The notes beneath the pieces are model-generated. The model was not told the origin of the DNA, did not search any database, and was given only the letters and a program-made list of their open reading frames with translations. A DNA stretch of 64,000 nt, taken from NCBI GenBank assembly GCA_964016885.1, contig OZ024743.1, forward strand, positions 219,170,001 to 219,234,000, given 5' to 3'. This document shows, one piece after another, positions 25,515 through 40,984 of this stretch. The position numbers and the translations under genes were made by a program. Within the stretch, counting starts at the first letter, position 1; each line of letters opens with the position of its first letter. Origin of the DNA: Eledone cirrhosa. Lineage: Eukaryota.

Positions 25515-28500
25515 TGAATCAAAGATATTTCAAATATATAAAATACGATATGGTTTAACACAGCCTAGTCATTGGACACCTTCTGTAGAGTCCACAAGCA
25601 TTTGGATCAGGTCCCTGGTTTGAGGATTACTTTGTCCTTCCCATGAACCTTGGGGGACATGACCACTGTCTTTCCCTCACTGACTAAATAGTACAAAAAA
25701 GGAGCTTTAATCAGGAAAATTTAATCTATGAAGTATAGGTCCAGGCAATATAAGTAAAGCAAATTTGATCAAAATATATCTTAAGTGTCTGAAAAAATGC
25801 AAATTGAATGTGTAATTCCGTTCTAGGGCAGTAAAATATCAGTGACACTAAAAAATTCAATAATAAATTATCCTGCTTCTATGGAGATAAAATTTCTTTG
25901 TAGAGCTATAAACATTAAAATATTATTCATGAAAGTAACATTTGACGTACTAATATTTAGTGATTGTTGGATAATGTAGTTGTTAGGTAGGTTTCAGAAC
26001 AGGAAATGAATGAGAACAAATTAACTAAGTTTCACATCAGTTCACAATATCCAAATAATTGACAATCCAAGAGGGAAATACTGTGTTTGTCAAATATATA
26101 TACATATATTTATATAGTGTGAAAGTGACAAAATAAATGAGAAGTGTATGCTCCACTGGATGTGAATGATAAGACACAAATGAGCTGAGAACTTGAATTT
26201 AAAAAGAATCATATGTAGTATGCAAAAGAGAATACTGATCATGTATGGAAATGGGGTGATGGTTGGGTAAAGCAGTCTAACTGGGAGGAACGACAGAAGA
26301 AAGCATACAAAATAGTAAAATATAATCTCAGGAGGCCCAATCTGAATAAGGGGATGACAAAACATTGCAACAAGTGGCAAGATACTGTGCTGGAGAAGAA
26401 ATATCCAAACCATGCAAGCATGGGGGGGGGGGTGACATATGATGATGCTGGTTCTAAAAAAAACAATACATAAATTTCCATTTCCTGTGAAATAACATTC
26501 AGCATGAAATGAAGGTTAACAGTTCAAAGTTTACAAGCCATATATCATTTATTTGTCATTATTATACATCCACTTTCCACAGGGGCATGAGTTGGATTAA
26601 TAGGTGCAATCCATGTCAGTTCTTATTTGGAGTTACTGTCTTCCTAGGCAAATCGGAGGACCACATTTTGCTCATGTTTCATTTTTGGCATAGTTTCTAT
26701 GGCTGGCTGCCAATCCTAACACCAACCACTTTACAAAATGTAGTGGCTGTGTTTTATCATTAGCTAAGTACTCAATACATACAAGTCGTAGTTATAACTC
26801 GCACCTGCACAGGTTTCACTGGCTTCCTGTGAGGTTGCAACTCATATGAAATTTCTTGAGTGTTTTAAAAACAGAGGCCGCTGTCCTATCATGATATATA
26901 TGTGTGAGTGAAATTTTGTGACTGTTTTAATGACAGTGGCTCCTGTCCTAGCATGATATATATGTGTGTGTGTGTATGTGTTTAGAATCATGAGGTGCAT
27001 ACAATGACTGAAGTTAATTTATACTGGACTATTGATCACATGGTGAAGGTGCATGGCTTAGTGGTCAGAGCGTTGGGCTTGTAATTGTGAGGTTTTATGA
27101 GTTCAATTCCCAGACCAGGTGATGCATTGTATCCATTTAATTGAGATAAAATGAGTTGAACCAATGGTCTATTGTAGATTAACTTGTCAAAATAGGTTAC
27201 GATGTTTTATTTTTCTACAAGAGGAAGTAAAGGAAAGTATGTGTAAGTTAACACTTGGTTCAAGACTACAAATACAATACATGTAGTGGAATAGAAACTT
27301 GTGAGACTCCATGACCCAGTCATTTGTGATATATAAACTGATATATTAGCACTTAACTTCCTTGTCTGTATTGTGTCAAAAGTTGGCGAAGAAAATATGG
27401 AAATAACAGAAATATTTCAATTTGTAAAGCAGCTTAGAAAAGTGGTCTTACTATCTCAAGGCCAAGCAAATAATTGTTTTCTAAAGGAAATTGAAACTGT
27501 TGTTTACACAGGCACAGACACACATGGCTTTTGCCTTTCCTTGGGGCAACATCAGTGGTATGGAGAGGGGAGACTGGCATGCACGAGCAACTGTTGGTCT
27601 TCCACAAACAACCTTACCCAGACTTGTACCTAGGAGGGGAACTTTCTAGGTGCAAATCCCATGGTCATTGGTGACCGAAGGGGGTCTTACTCTTTATTAA
27701 TCACATAGTAATGAGTTCAAACCTTACTATTACAACCATTGTGTTATGTCTCTGTCTGCTATAAAAACAATTGTTCGCACAATAAGTAATCAACTGAATA
27801 TGCAAAATTCATCTCACCTGTGCATTTTTTTATATAAATTAGTATCAGATTAAAAAGGAAATTATGAAAACAGTCTGGCTTGAAAATTTTATATTTAACT
27901 CTTATTATATTTTGAAAATAGTCAAGAATTTGGATTCTTCAATAACTCTTACTCAAAAAGCACCTCAATCTATGAGATGAACTTATTCACAAAACAGCTA
28001 TGTGGACAACTGAAAATCAAGTCAGATTTTGGACTAATATCTGGCCCTTTCCAATATGGTGTCTATCATTGGAATCACAACTGATATACAAACTCCTTGT
28101 TGGAGGTCTATAATCACCATGAATAGCCATGTTTGTGATGCTGGAGATTCATTGTTTAGAGCCAGCTCAACCTGCCCCTGAGAAAGGCTGACACAAGTAC
28201 AAGTAAGAATTTGGAGGGAGATTTATTAAAATAACCAATATAATATATAACTTTTAGCTTTATATCTCCCAGTATACTACAGGTAGATAATTGATCTGAA
28301 GAGAGAAAAGACAAAATTGATTGACTTATGCAGAATATGAAAGCAGATAAGCTACTACACAGCTTATTAATTACAATCTACTTAAGTCACTGCATGTATA
28401 TCAACTAATATGATCATCCAACAGAGCCTCTACCTATTAGAGGCAACAGTCAGGTTTCCCTTAAATCACACCCTGCAGTTTTAAATAAGGAGTAACTCAC

Positions 28501-28576
28501 ATTGAAAAATGTGATACTAGATACCCCTAAAAAGATGGGATGGCTACAGATGGAATACCTATAATCATAGGTCTGT

Positions 28577-28789
28577 TTAACCCTTTAGCATTTAAACTGA
28601 CTGTATCCAGCCAGAATTATCTCATCTCTTTCTGTTCAAACTGGCAATAACAAGCTGCTAATACTGATGTTACGGTATTATTCTCAAAATAAATATCAAA
28701 ATCTCATAGATTCGCTATTATGTGAGATAAAGCCTTTCCCGTGAAAATATAATAGTAAATATAGAGTAATGTAAATGCTAAAGAGTTAA
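28577..28789. mobile_element. piggyBac-type MITE, opposite orientation (partial copies near 3980, 7230-7287, 57858)
   Basis: TTAA-CCCTTTAGCATTT...AAATGCTAAAGAG-TTAA. Confidence 0.8.
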
Positions 28790-30229
28790 TCAAAATCTAA
28801 TATGATAGGTTTAGTTGAATAGTAAGAGTAAAGATCCCCTCCGGTCACCAATGATCATGGGATTTGCGTCTAGAAAGTTTCTCTTCTAAAAAGCAATGAA
28901 AAATAAAATGTCTTGCTCAAAGACAACGCACCTCATCCAGTCCTGGAATCAAACTCACGACCTATCAATTGCAAGCCCAACGCTCTACCCACTAAGTCAT
29001 TCAGTTCAGTAGTAATCATCTTATATTAAGAATAGGAGTGCAATCATTTAATGTCAGCACATAAAATTAAGAATACAAAATCATTTAACTGTGGAGACAA
29101 CATAGAGAAGCTTCAATAATTTAAACTTCAGAAATATAAAGGAAGGAAACCTCAAATGATAAATTGATTAATGTACTATCCAATGGACTCTAAATTTATG
29201 AAGTACCATATATACTAGATAGAATATATGTCTAAGAAATGGGCAAAAATCCAAACCCTATGTATAAGCCGCGACAGCTAATCAACACATTGTTTAGATG
29301 GTGTATATAAGCTGACTCCCCCATTCTACCATATTCCTCAGCTTATATTCTTAATAAACCCTTTTGATACTGAAAAGAGCTATCATAATAATTAAGATTC
29401 TTGTCATCAAATTCATCTTTTGTTCCCATTTATATATCACTGTCCTATTCTTAATTAAATATGCATCTTGTTCTAAGTTCAATACAAACTCAGAACTGTA
29501 TTTCTAAATGGAGATTGTTAGCATCTTATTCCACTAAACCACCAGCATGTGTACAATTAATTACTGTCATCCTGAGACACAAGTTTAGTGATTGATTTAT
29601 CATAAAACATTATATGTACTCCTTGGAGTTTTAGAGGTGTCTATTGTAGTTCTTCATATGTCCTGCCAGATTACCCCATCCTTCGTGTGGTCAGCCTATT
29701 TACAATGGTTCCAACTGATAAAACTATGTCAGTTATCAGAATTAGAGAACAAACCAAAAGCTTCAAGAAGGTGAATTAGCAGAGTTGTTACAGCACCAGA
29801 TTAAATGCCTTGCATTCCAGCTCTCCTAACGTTTAGCAGTAGCCAACTATGTTTTTCATTCTTTTGAATCAATAAAAAGTACCAGTCCAGGCCAGAGGAT
29901 TGGCAGACTTGTTAGATCATTAGACTGGGATGCCTTGCAGTACCTGTTTTAGCTCTGTTCATTCACACAAAAAAATGAATGCCTATTGTTAAAAAACACC
30001 CAACAAACTTCCTTTGAGGAGCAATTTCATCAGAGGCCAGTTTAACTTAGATAAGTCTCTGAAGAAAGGACAAAAACATCCACAGATAACCTCATAGAAA
30101 CTATATACAGTGACACTGTATATAAGAAAAGTAATTTCCCAGATCAAAACTGAGATATACCAATAGAGTGGCTGTGGACAACATCTACAAAAAACACTTC
30201 AAAAACAGCTCTTAGGAGGACAACACTGT

Positions 30230-30500
30230 AACCTATAGCTTGGCTGAGATAAGTGGATGATATTTTGGCGAGGTTTTTATACCCCTCTCTCGTATTGACC
30301 GCTTCCACACAATCTCTGAGTATGTCTAAGATGTTGCTGCAGGTTCTTACTAACACTAAGGCCTCAAGACATCTAAAGTAATCCACCCTTCCAGTTGTTT
30401 TTAGGGCATAAACAACTACCAGTCTAAAAGCAATACCATCTTCCTTGCTGTTCACATCAAGAACCACTGATCTTCCCACTTTGTCTAGAAAGGTTGAGAT
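30230..30500 (-). mobile_element. L1/Tx1-clade LINE endonuclease fragment
   Basis: GRSVVLDVNSKEDGIAFRLVVVYA...GRVDYFRCLE resembles the APE-domain GR..lD...fRlv.vYAP segment. Confidence 0.55.
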
Positions 30501-31329
30501 TACTCAGTCTATACATCACACAATCTAAGTTGACCAAAAGAGGTATAAACCTCATAGTTAACCAGAAGTTGAGTGAGTCATCATCATTTTAGGTCTGTGT
30601 TTCCATGCTAACATGGATTGCATCTCAGAAATATTTTGGCAACACAAAAAGAATGTCTAAGTACTAATAGATCACAAGAACTCAGTATATCCATTTAATT
30701 CACTTTGCTGAAGTAATGAAATAACGAAAGGTCATGACTTGATATGCTCATGCAAAAAAACAGAATGAGGTGTTAGAATGTCTATGAAAAATGAACAGCT
30801 ATGGACACTAACTATAAGTAGACTATCAAGAAAGAAATTGAACACCAGGAAAATATGACCTGCAACAATAGAAGAAAGCTTCCATTTATAAAACACATTC
30901 CTGAAAAAGAAATATCCAACCCATTATATAAGCTCTGTATCACCTGTCTAGTATAAAGAACCAATTGAAAGGGTCTGTAAAAAAAAAAAAGAGGATTTTC
31001 AGAAGATATAACATTAAAAGTGTCCAGGAGTAACATTACACCCCACTGATTCCTCACCACAGTAAAACTACTTCTATAATAGCTTGTATATTCTTAGAGT
31101 AAATTACAAAGGAAAAAAACTAAGAATCACTATATTAAACATCTCTGAATGAAGGAGGAAATATTAAAACTAGGAAAATGTTGAACCGAGGATTAATGAA
31201 ATCCCCAATTATAAATAAAACCCACAGCGGAAACATAAAAATTGCAGAAGTACATGTAGCTAAATATGGCTGCCATTACTGAAAAATTTGACTATCCAAA
31301 AAGAAGGCTGGTGATGGTGGCTTAATATT

Positions 31330-31845
31330 TGTTTAGAACTCCCACTGTTGACAACAAAAGGTTTCTCGACAAGTACAAAAGGGCGATTGTATAATGCCTG
31401 TGTGCAAAGTGCGATGCTACATGGTAGTGAAACATGGGCAGTGACTGCAGAGGACATCAGTGACTGGAGAGAAATAAAGCAACCATACTTCATTGGATGT
31501 GCAATATAAATGTGAGAGAAAGGAAGAGCTTGGAAATGGAGGAAAAACTGGGTTAAAGAGGAATCCAAGATGGTGTGCAAGAGAGAAGACTGCGTTGGTA
31601 TGGACATGTGATGCATATGGATAATGAATGCTGGGTGAAGAAGTGCCAGGAGAATCCCAAGGGAGAGAAGCCACAGTAGAGGTAGACCAAGGAAAACCTG
31701 GGCAGAGGTAGTGAGAGCTGACTTCAAATCGCTGAGACTCACAAAGATGACAAAGGAATGCAGCAAATGGAGAGATGTTGCGCTGAAAAGGACCAGTCCA
31801 ACCCATGCAAGTATGGAAAAAAACGCACGTAAAAATGATGATGAA
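31330..31845 (+). mobile_element. RTE-clade LINE 3' fragment (same family as 9284-10607)
   Basis: KGRLYNACVQSAMLHGSETWAVT, RLRWYGHVM and RGRPRKTWAEVVRAD remnants; gatgatg tail. Confidence 0.88.
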
Positions 31846-34800
31846 ATAAAGAACTGATGAAATAAATGATGAAATAAAGAACTGATTTTCTGACTTAGAT
31901 AAGAAACAGCAGTACCCATAACCTCTAACCTGCCCTCTCTAAATCTGTTGTGGTAAAAAGAAGAAATCAAGATTCATGGCTTTCTGCAGGGACCTGATGA
32001 AAATGCTTGCAATACAGTGGACTCAAAGGCAAGATGGTGGTGATAAACCAAACTAAAATCTACAACCCAAGAACAGCTACAGTCCATTTGACAAGCTTCC
32101 CACAGAGTGCTGGCTAAACAATTTCACTTACAAGGTCAACTTAACATTATGGTAGAAGACACTCAAAGTGACAGGCGATGGGAATGAGGGTTGTAGTGTT
32201 AATCCAGTCACTGAAATGATCATTATCAGTTGTAAAGCTTATCAATCACATACCAACATGTTTATTTTCAATCAATCGAGACCCCGTAACTGATGCAACC
32301 AGTTGTTGAGCTAACCTAGGTCAAACAATAAGCTCACTTCACCATTAAATAAAACTGTTTCTCATCCAAGGCCAAGAACACTCACCAAAGGTTTTCCAAT
32401 AATATGCTATATGTGTATAGTAAAATTACAAAAGTAAAATTAAACAAAAAACATTAGCTTATTTATCACTGCTTCTCACAGAACCCCTAGCGACCTCTTG
32501 TGGAACCCTCCTAGGGTTCCGAAGGAACACTAGTATAGAATAACATGGAAACTGATGCATGTTGCACACTAGAAACAACTTTGTAAAGAAGCCATGGTTA
32601 TGCAAAAGAACATAGAGCTAGCATAAGAGATTGTTAGACCTAGCTTTCACAATAAGAGAGCATGATAGTTTCAGCTGAGTATTGTAGAAAAAGGGCTGCT
32701 AGGAGTGACTTTATTACTCATGAGCATCATAATTTAACATCCACTTTCCACACTTGCATGCGTTAAACAGGTTGTCACGTTATGAGACATGCCAGATCCA
32801 GAGATCACATCTTGCTCATACAGATCTGTATTTTGGCTTACAGGATAGACTGGGTGCTTTATCTCATGGTCACCATCACAATCACTTTACAGGATGGACT
32901 GAGTGCTTTTGTTGTGGTGCAGTGTTTGTATTTTGACCTCCAGAAGATTTCAACTTGGCTAAAACTATACTGGTGAAGGAGTAGGTAAAAGATATTCAAG
33001 GGAGTAAAGATGATCATAAATGATCCTCTCCATCATATTATATACATTCTAGATGTGAGAACAGGAAACTGACAGTTAACATGGTGAGAGAAGTTAGGAT
33101 ATTGTCATAGAATATACTTGTTGCTAAGTCTTGGGGGTGATATGGAAAAAGTGACATGATGATACAGTAAAGCAAGCAACAAATATTGTGACTGTCTGCA
33201 AGTGTAAAATCATCATTTCACATGTTTTCCCTGCTATCAAGGGTTGGGCATGTTGTCAGACCAGTCAGTACTCAAGTAGAATCCCTGACCTCCAAGTGGG
33301 TCAAGGGTCTGACATATAATCCAACACTCTACTGTGTGCAATTTATCATGGCACCAACACAAGGAAAGTTGTCATGTCTTTGATATAGCTGAAGTGTCAC
33401 ATTCAGCTAATCTGGAAGAGATATATTGAGAAAGAAACCAGAATATAGTTACAATTGGTGAGTACTGAGAGATTATGAGTCATGTCACACAAAGGTATCT
33501 TGTGAATATATTTCATTTCGAAACAAACATCTAAAAAGATTTTCTTCATGCTTTTATACATCTATAGCAGTAGCCACTAACACCTCATTTGGAAGTGATT
33601 GGATTATAGGGTGCAATGATGTCATCATCATCATCGTTTAACGTTCATCTTCCATATTAGCATGGGTAGAACAGGCTGTCCCTTTATGAGAGATCAGACC
33701 AGAGGGCCGTGATTCTCTCACACAGAACTGATTTTGGCTTGGTTTATACAACTGAATGCCCTTCCTAACGCTAACCACATTTACAGTGTGTGCTGGGTGC
33801 TTTTTGTCATCACGCCTACATGACCACTTTACAGTATAAGTGATTATTATTTTGTGCCATGTTAATCCTGAGTGAGTAGATCTATGATCAAAGGCATTCC
33901 AACTATGGCCATCCCATCCTTTCTTTTTCAGACAATGTTTCTTGAGCACAGGCATGGTAATGCAATTAAGTTCATTTCACAATCGCATGACTTTGGGTTT
34001 GATCTTACTGCATGGAAACTTGGACAAATGTCTTCTACTCTAGTTTCAGGTCAATCAAAACTGTAAGTAAAATTTGATAGGCAGAAACTGTTTGCAAGCC
34101 ATTGCCCAGTTTATTGCCACCACCTGGCTTATGGTTGCCATTAGTGGAATCGACTGTTGCAAGCCTTTGGATCAAATAATTCATTTTTTTAATAGCATAT
34201 CTAGGACATTGTCAAGTGTGTCCTTTTAAGATGGTATGATGTGATTTCAAAGGAGATTTAGCAACGAGTCCTTACAAGCCTAATGAACATATAGTTGTGT
34301 CCTGCTATGAATTGTTTTAATTCCAAAGGAATGGGGTGAATTCCAAATACAACTATGGTGTAGAATTAACTTAAATCCAACTAATTAAAGTACATCAAGA
34401 ATAAGGATTTTAGAAACTAGTGAGTTATGATTGATTCTCTCATTTCAGAACAAGAGTTGGTAAAACACAACTACCAATTACTTAATGAATGTAGAAAGCA
34501 GTAAAAGTAATAGATGATTTAGGAATTAAGCAAAACTTTCAGTGCCAATGGCTGGGTGTTTTTATCGCCGACACCCAAGAGATGAGTGAACTGGATAGTA
34601 AATTACACATAACTGGAAGCTCTTAGTATAAAAGTTAGTGTATAGTGTTAAAGTTAACATCTTTCTTGAACCTAGAGGCTCATGCAGCAAGAGTTTATCC
34701 ATGATATTTAGCAACAGAGAACAAACTTCACCCTTTGAACAAGACAAGACGCCTGTCCCTCCTTAGCTACTGTTGGCACTAATATTTTTAGCTGAATGGA

Positions 34801-37210
34801 ATAACATAAAATGAAATGCCTTGTTCAAGAACACATCATTCTGTCAAGAGAGGAAACACATACGCCAAAATCTTAATCTCTTGACCATAGATATAGGATA
34901 ACCACTAAAATATGTCAAAGTGAGTTGATAGGGTTATTGCTTACAGGTTATTAAGACATGATGAGTGGAATGGAGAGATTTGTGCAGGAAGGGGTGATTT
35001 CAAAACTGAAGATTACATACTTTGTTTTGAGAAATTTACCACAATTCTTTAACAAATTCACTGAGGTCTTCCTATGAAATATGTTATCATGACTGTATGT
35101 GTGGTATTAACATTTTTAAGTTAAACATTTTATGAAACAATGTCAATTCGATATATAAAAAATGCAAATATGTAGACTGCAAACGGAGAAAACTGAATGG
35201 AACATCTTCAAATTTAGGTGATTATAAATACAAAATACTCATGAGGTCACATACTAAATTCAGTATATCAAGAAAGGTTGCAGAAGAGATCATATCAAGA
35301 TTTAAGAAACTTCATCTACGTCAAGTTTTGAGACCAGTTTTAAAACATACAATTGATAAAAAAAAAGTTAATTGTTAAGATTTTAAAAATATTTATCAAG
35401 AAATTAAAGTAGGTTTCATCTAAAGTCTAGCTAAATTCTATAGTTTCCATGATTAATCAATGACAATTGGAAAATAATACCAAAATATAACAATATATTT
35501 TTCCAAGTTCAATAGACGAGTACTAAGACATATTTGTTTTTTTTACTGAAAGTAATTAATAAACGTCGCAAATGCTTCAGCTATATATAGTTAAAATTTC
35601 AGCTTAATCCATTTGGCACAATTTATCTTTTTCATATAACAAGTGATGCCTGCTCTCCTTGTAATCTTAATACTCACACGCCATGATATAAGCGTTATTT
35701 TCATGATTCCTATACACCATGTTGTCGATGTAGTTGACTATCTCCTCCCCACAAATGTTTGGCCTTGTGCCTAAATTAGAAATTATTATATATCCATAAG
35801 CCCATCTTAACAGGGCTTACAAAACTTTGACCATAACAGTCACTATAACAGTTTGAAATTATTTCTGATTTAAAATCTTAACTGATAGTATAATGCGTGT
35901 GGTGGTATATCACGTAAATAGAAATTAAGGGGATATGGAGATTTGTATGGTGTTAACCTGAAAACCTTGGGTTCGCTGAATAGTTCCAACAGTACTTCAT
36001 TATACGATGGTTTGTAATAAATAAACGTGTCTAATGAAAGATGTTCCATGGACGAATATTCTCTATCTAATAACTGTTTGTTTGTTTGTTTTTTATATTG
36101 TATTATCATATACATACACACACAGAAAATATGGAACAGGCATGCATTTAAAATTAGTTATATTTTTAAACATAAATAAAGCAAAGAAAATAAAAAACGA
36201 AAGAGACAACAGGGGAACCTATACGCTAGAAATAATAAACGTGTTTCGTTCGAATCGCATTTCACCATCTATTTTGGGAAGGACACACTGGTCTTAAATA
36301 CAAGTAAAAAGACAGTGTGGAACAGCTTTTATGCACTGGAGTAATTGCTGGCCTTGTGCCAAAAGTTGAAACATTATTATAAGCTCGCTCGATCAGGGTT
36401 GATCTCGGGCCCAAATAACAACAAAGAGAGAATTCTCTTGAGTGCAGTATATCTTCCGATTAGATACACCTGCCAATACAAGAGCTATTTGTTCGATGGT
36501 TTCTTCTGATAGGTTATTACAGAAGACCACAAAATCTGACTAGTGACATATTTCCATTATATAAACAACCATCGCGATACCGATATATTTACAGAAAACT
36601 GTGTTTATAGATTGCTAATATCATTATAAAGAGTTGAAAATTAGAATGCTGTTGTTAACATCAAAATAATTTGTAGACAAATGTTCAATTACATAGATGT
36701 TATGTAGAAAATATTCTACATCATACTTCAAATAATGTAATGCACAAAACAATATATATACAAGTTTACAATACATATAGTTTAACAATAATTAAACATA
36801 ACTGATCAACAACACAACCCTATCCACTCATTACTAAACTAGTTTTAACAAAATTACCATAACGAGTACTCGATATCAATTTGCTATATTTTTTATTACA
36901 AGTTAGCATACAATAAACACCCTTAGTATCTAAACAACTAGCTTAGTGATATTTCTATTTATAATTCAATTCTGTATGACATTCGTTAATCAATGCATTT
37001 GTCGGTTCAAATATATACATATGTGTGTTTGTGTTCACACGTATACAAAATGGTTATAAAAAGCTAGAAATCTTATAAACATAAAGTGAAAATAATAGAT
37101 TGGGTAGTGTTTAAAAATAAAAATTAAGTCCCTTTTTTTCAGATTCACACACACAATATTTCCCGTATATATAGATATATAGACACACATTATACATCAT
37201 GTACATACAT

Positions 37211-37275
<65 letters not shown>

Positions 37276-37882
37276 GATGATATGAATAAATTCAAGAAAC
37301 GTTTAATAATATACTGAAGTGAAGCAAACTATTGAATCTTCCAATCCATTATGTTTTTCCCCAACTTAACTATAGGAAATAATCTCTTCACTTTCCCCGC
37401 ACTGTTGGCCCCTTCTCATATCTACCTGCATATATACATACATTTAAACATTCATGCGCGTGCGTGTATATATTTTTGTAGTTAGATTATTAGTTTATAT
37501 CATAAAGCAATATTAGGACATTCGACTATTACAATCATTTAGCTGTAATAATCTATTTTAATATTCTAAAAATTTCAGCAGAGTTGATTAAATAAAATGG
37601 GAAAATGTCAACACATATAACATATATTTCTTATGATTACCCAGATAGAAAGAAATATAGACAAGCAAGGCATCATTAGTTAGTGATCTCCATTGCTGTT
37701 ATTTAGAATGAGTAACACACTGACAGTATTCAGTGTTGGTGGAGTTTATTGCCATAACAGTTTCGAATTTTAAATAAATAAATATATATATATGTGTGTG
37801 TGTGCGTTTAAAAATTAACAAAATCACTAATTAAAAAAATAGAATGCAATAGAGTAATAAAAATAACCAGTAAATGTTTATA

Positions 37883-37928
<46 letters not shown>

Positions 37929-38299
37929 CAGAGTACCGGATTGCAAAGCTCGTGGATGAATAGCTTAGAATTATGGCCTTACTCGTTCGACTTTCCTCAG
38001 CCTTTTATATTGTAATATAAGCTTCATAGAGTTATGCATATAATTTCAATCGATTAAGAAACAGAACTTTGAAGAAGAATCATACTTAACAGACAATATA
38101 TATGTATGTATATATACATACATATATTCCCATGATTGTGTTTCAGAAGTAAAGCATACATACAGAAAATGGAGTAAAGTAGTAAATAATAGTAATTCCA
38201 GTGAATGTTTTAAAGATAGATACGTGCCATTAGATCCCTGTATTGTATAATAAAACAGCAGAAGAATGTATTGTTTCAATCCAGTAAAGAATCCACAGT

Positions 38300-40330
38300 G
38301 ATAGCATGAGATTAAGAGGAAAAAAAGTCTATTTTACACTGCTTTGGAAAATATGGCGGAAAATAAGTGCTCCCTTCCTCATACTCCTTCCCTTTTTTCA
38401 CTCACTCACAACTATCTACCTCTTACTCTCGTTCATCAAACTATCTCACACCTCCCACTAATCCCCATTATCCTCACTTCCTTTTCTTTATCTTTTTTCC
38501 TCCCCTCTCTACTAACCTTTCTATTTCTCTCTCTCTCCCCCTCTGTACTAACCTTTGTATCTCTCTACCTCACCCTCTCTACTAACCTTTCTTGCTTTCT
38601 CTCTCTCCCCCTCACTACTAACCTTTCTATCTATCTCTCCCACAGTTTTCCCCCTCCCTCATTTTTTGTGTTTTTCACTGTCTTTCTTTTAAACTTCCGC
38701 GAGTTTTGTATTTATATTTCTAGATCATACTACGATTTACTATAATGAATAAAACAAGGCTAAGTAAGAAATACTAAACTATTCATTCGCCCTAAGCACG
38801 TTTACTATATAAATCGCTTGCTAGCTAACAACTACTATTTTATAATTATTCATTTTTACTTTTGCTATTTAATCTTATAAATATATATATGTTATTACAC
38901 ACCTAACACACACACACACATATATATATATATATGTGTGTGTGTATAGTAATATATATATATAGTAATATATATATATATATAGTTATATATTTAAAGG
39001 TTAAACAAGGTTCGATGAATAAATCAGGATTAGTTTTACAATAGATTGGAATGAATATATATATAGTTATATATGTATGTATAGTTATATATATATATAT
39101 ATGTATGTATGTATAGTTATATATATATATTGAGTATATGTTGGTTTATTTTATTTTATTTTATATATATATATATAGGTTCCTGAGGACATTCCTGGTG
39201 ATTTCATACGAATGAAACAGTTCTAGTCCAGTAGAGGTCATTTATATATATATGTAGTTGACGGCTAGGAGAAAAGAGTACTCAATGCCGGAGTAAAGTT
39301 TAAATATTCATTTTATTCAGGTGAAACTCCAGAATAACAAGACTCACTATTTAGCCTTAATAAAATCAATATATATATATATACGTTTTTTCACTGCCCA
39401 TATAAGGAATACTATAAAGTTACTTTTACTTCAACTTATTGGACTTTCCAAAAAAAAAGTCGCAATTTGTAGGCACTGGCATATATATTTCTCAATACAA
39501 AGTTCCTGTGGTGCGGTTGTTGGTTAGCAAGGAAACCAAATGTTCCCGCCTCTGCTCTTGGATTAATCAAATGAGGAGAGTGCTAAATTACTCATAGTAA
39601 ACAATACATACACGCACTCACTCTCATATATATACATACATACATATATATATATAGTTGTGTATGTAAACTAAACATATATATTTTATAAAACATGGAA
39701 TGGTATATTTTGTGTGTGTAAATGGGCAGAGATCACTGCAAATACATACATATATATTTAATATATAATAAATATGTATATATACATTTATTATTATATA
39801 TATATATTTATTTACGTAGATAAATTGAGAACTAATCACCTCCAGCCATCTCCCTGAATCTTGGCATACTGTCTTCCACCTTTGACCTTTGAACTCGACC
39901 TACATCTTGACATTACCGAGTGAAACCATTCACCAATATACACACGCTTTTCTGCTCCGAGTTGAAAAGTTCACGCAGGCTAATATTACAAAAGGAATCA
40001 CTATGAAATGTATATCTATAAATATATTATATGTATATGTGTGTGTGTATGTATAAATATTATATTAGATATATATAATTTATATATATATTATATATGC
40101 TATATATGTGTGTAGGCTGCTGAACACGCCGATTGATATCAAATATCATGAGTATGCGTGTGTGTATATGTATATATTATATATTAATATATACATACAA
40201 ACAGGTATAAGCGCGCGCGCGCTCGTGAGTACACAAAATTATATATATTTATTGTAAATATACTAATGCATGAACAAAATATCTTCCAACCTTAGCTTTT
40301 TCTAATGAACCAATCATAAAGGCTTAAGGT
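38300..40330 (-). promoter_or_regulatory. Candidate promoter / first-exon region of the TBL1 gene
   Basis: YY1-like CCGCCATATT (38350-38359, minus), cttccgcg at ~38694, a possible donor GAG|gtgatt at ~39839, a (GC)n run at ~40211 and CCAAT at ~40310. CpG is visibly more frequent here than in 1-35 kb. The TSS cannot be fixed from sequence. Confidence 0.3.
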
Positions 40331-40984
40331 AGACTAATTGCGTATAAACACTATACAACTAAAGGCTGGGAGTCAATATTAATGTAATCTGTGTTAATAC
40401 CTCAGACATTGCTGCCTCACATGTTTTTGGTACAAATACGTATTGTACAAACTTTATAACAAACATTACCCTCCCATTCTGGAACAGAAAATACATCAGT
40501 TCCTACCATACACGAAAGTTCCCTTTATGGTCGCTTGACTTGCTATAAAAGGCAATCGAATCTCCTTTTATCACATCCTACTGTCTTAAAAAAAAAGTAA
40601 GGGAGGACACACTGGATACTGTAATCCTATATGTGCTTGCCGTGTCTGAAAAAATATATATACTGGACGAGTATGGTAGGAAGGCTTTTGATCATAGGGT
40701 TGCTTAATCAAGGCTGAAGTAAGACTAAACTACAGCACATTCTCGACTACATTCAAAAATATCATCTGGCCGATTAGGCAAAGACTTACTCACCAACATG
40801 CTACATTAATTCGCAGACATGTTTTAACTTTTTTTTATCATTTTTTTCACCATAACCAGCCTCTGCTCCTCAAAACGATCCATCTGCCTCCCACTTCCAC
40901 TCAAATGTACCCGATGCACTGTCGCCCCTCCTTTCACCCCTATTATCTTTTTAGCCTCACACACATACACATGTATAAATTGTT

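Noticed and set aside
30760-31260. A-rich stretch resembling decayed retroelement coding sequence
   Set aside because: No recognisable motif could be translated, so it was left unassigned.
38344-38745. 133-aa Leu/Ser/Phe-rich ORF
   Set aside because: Translation of a CT-rich degenerate repeat (ctctactaacctttct units).
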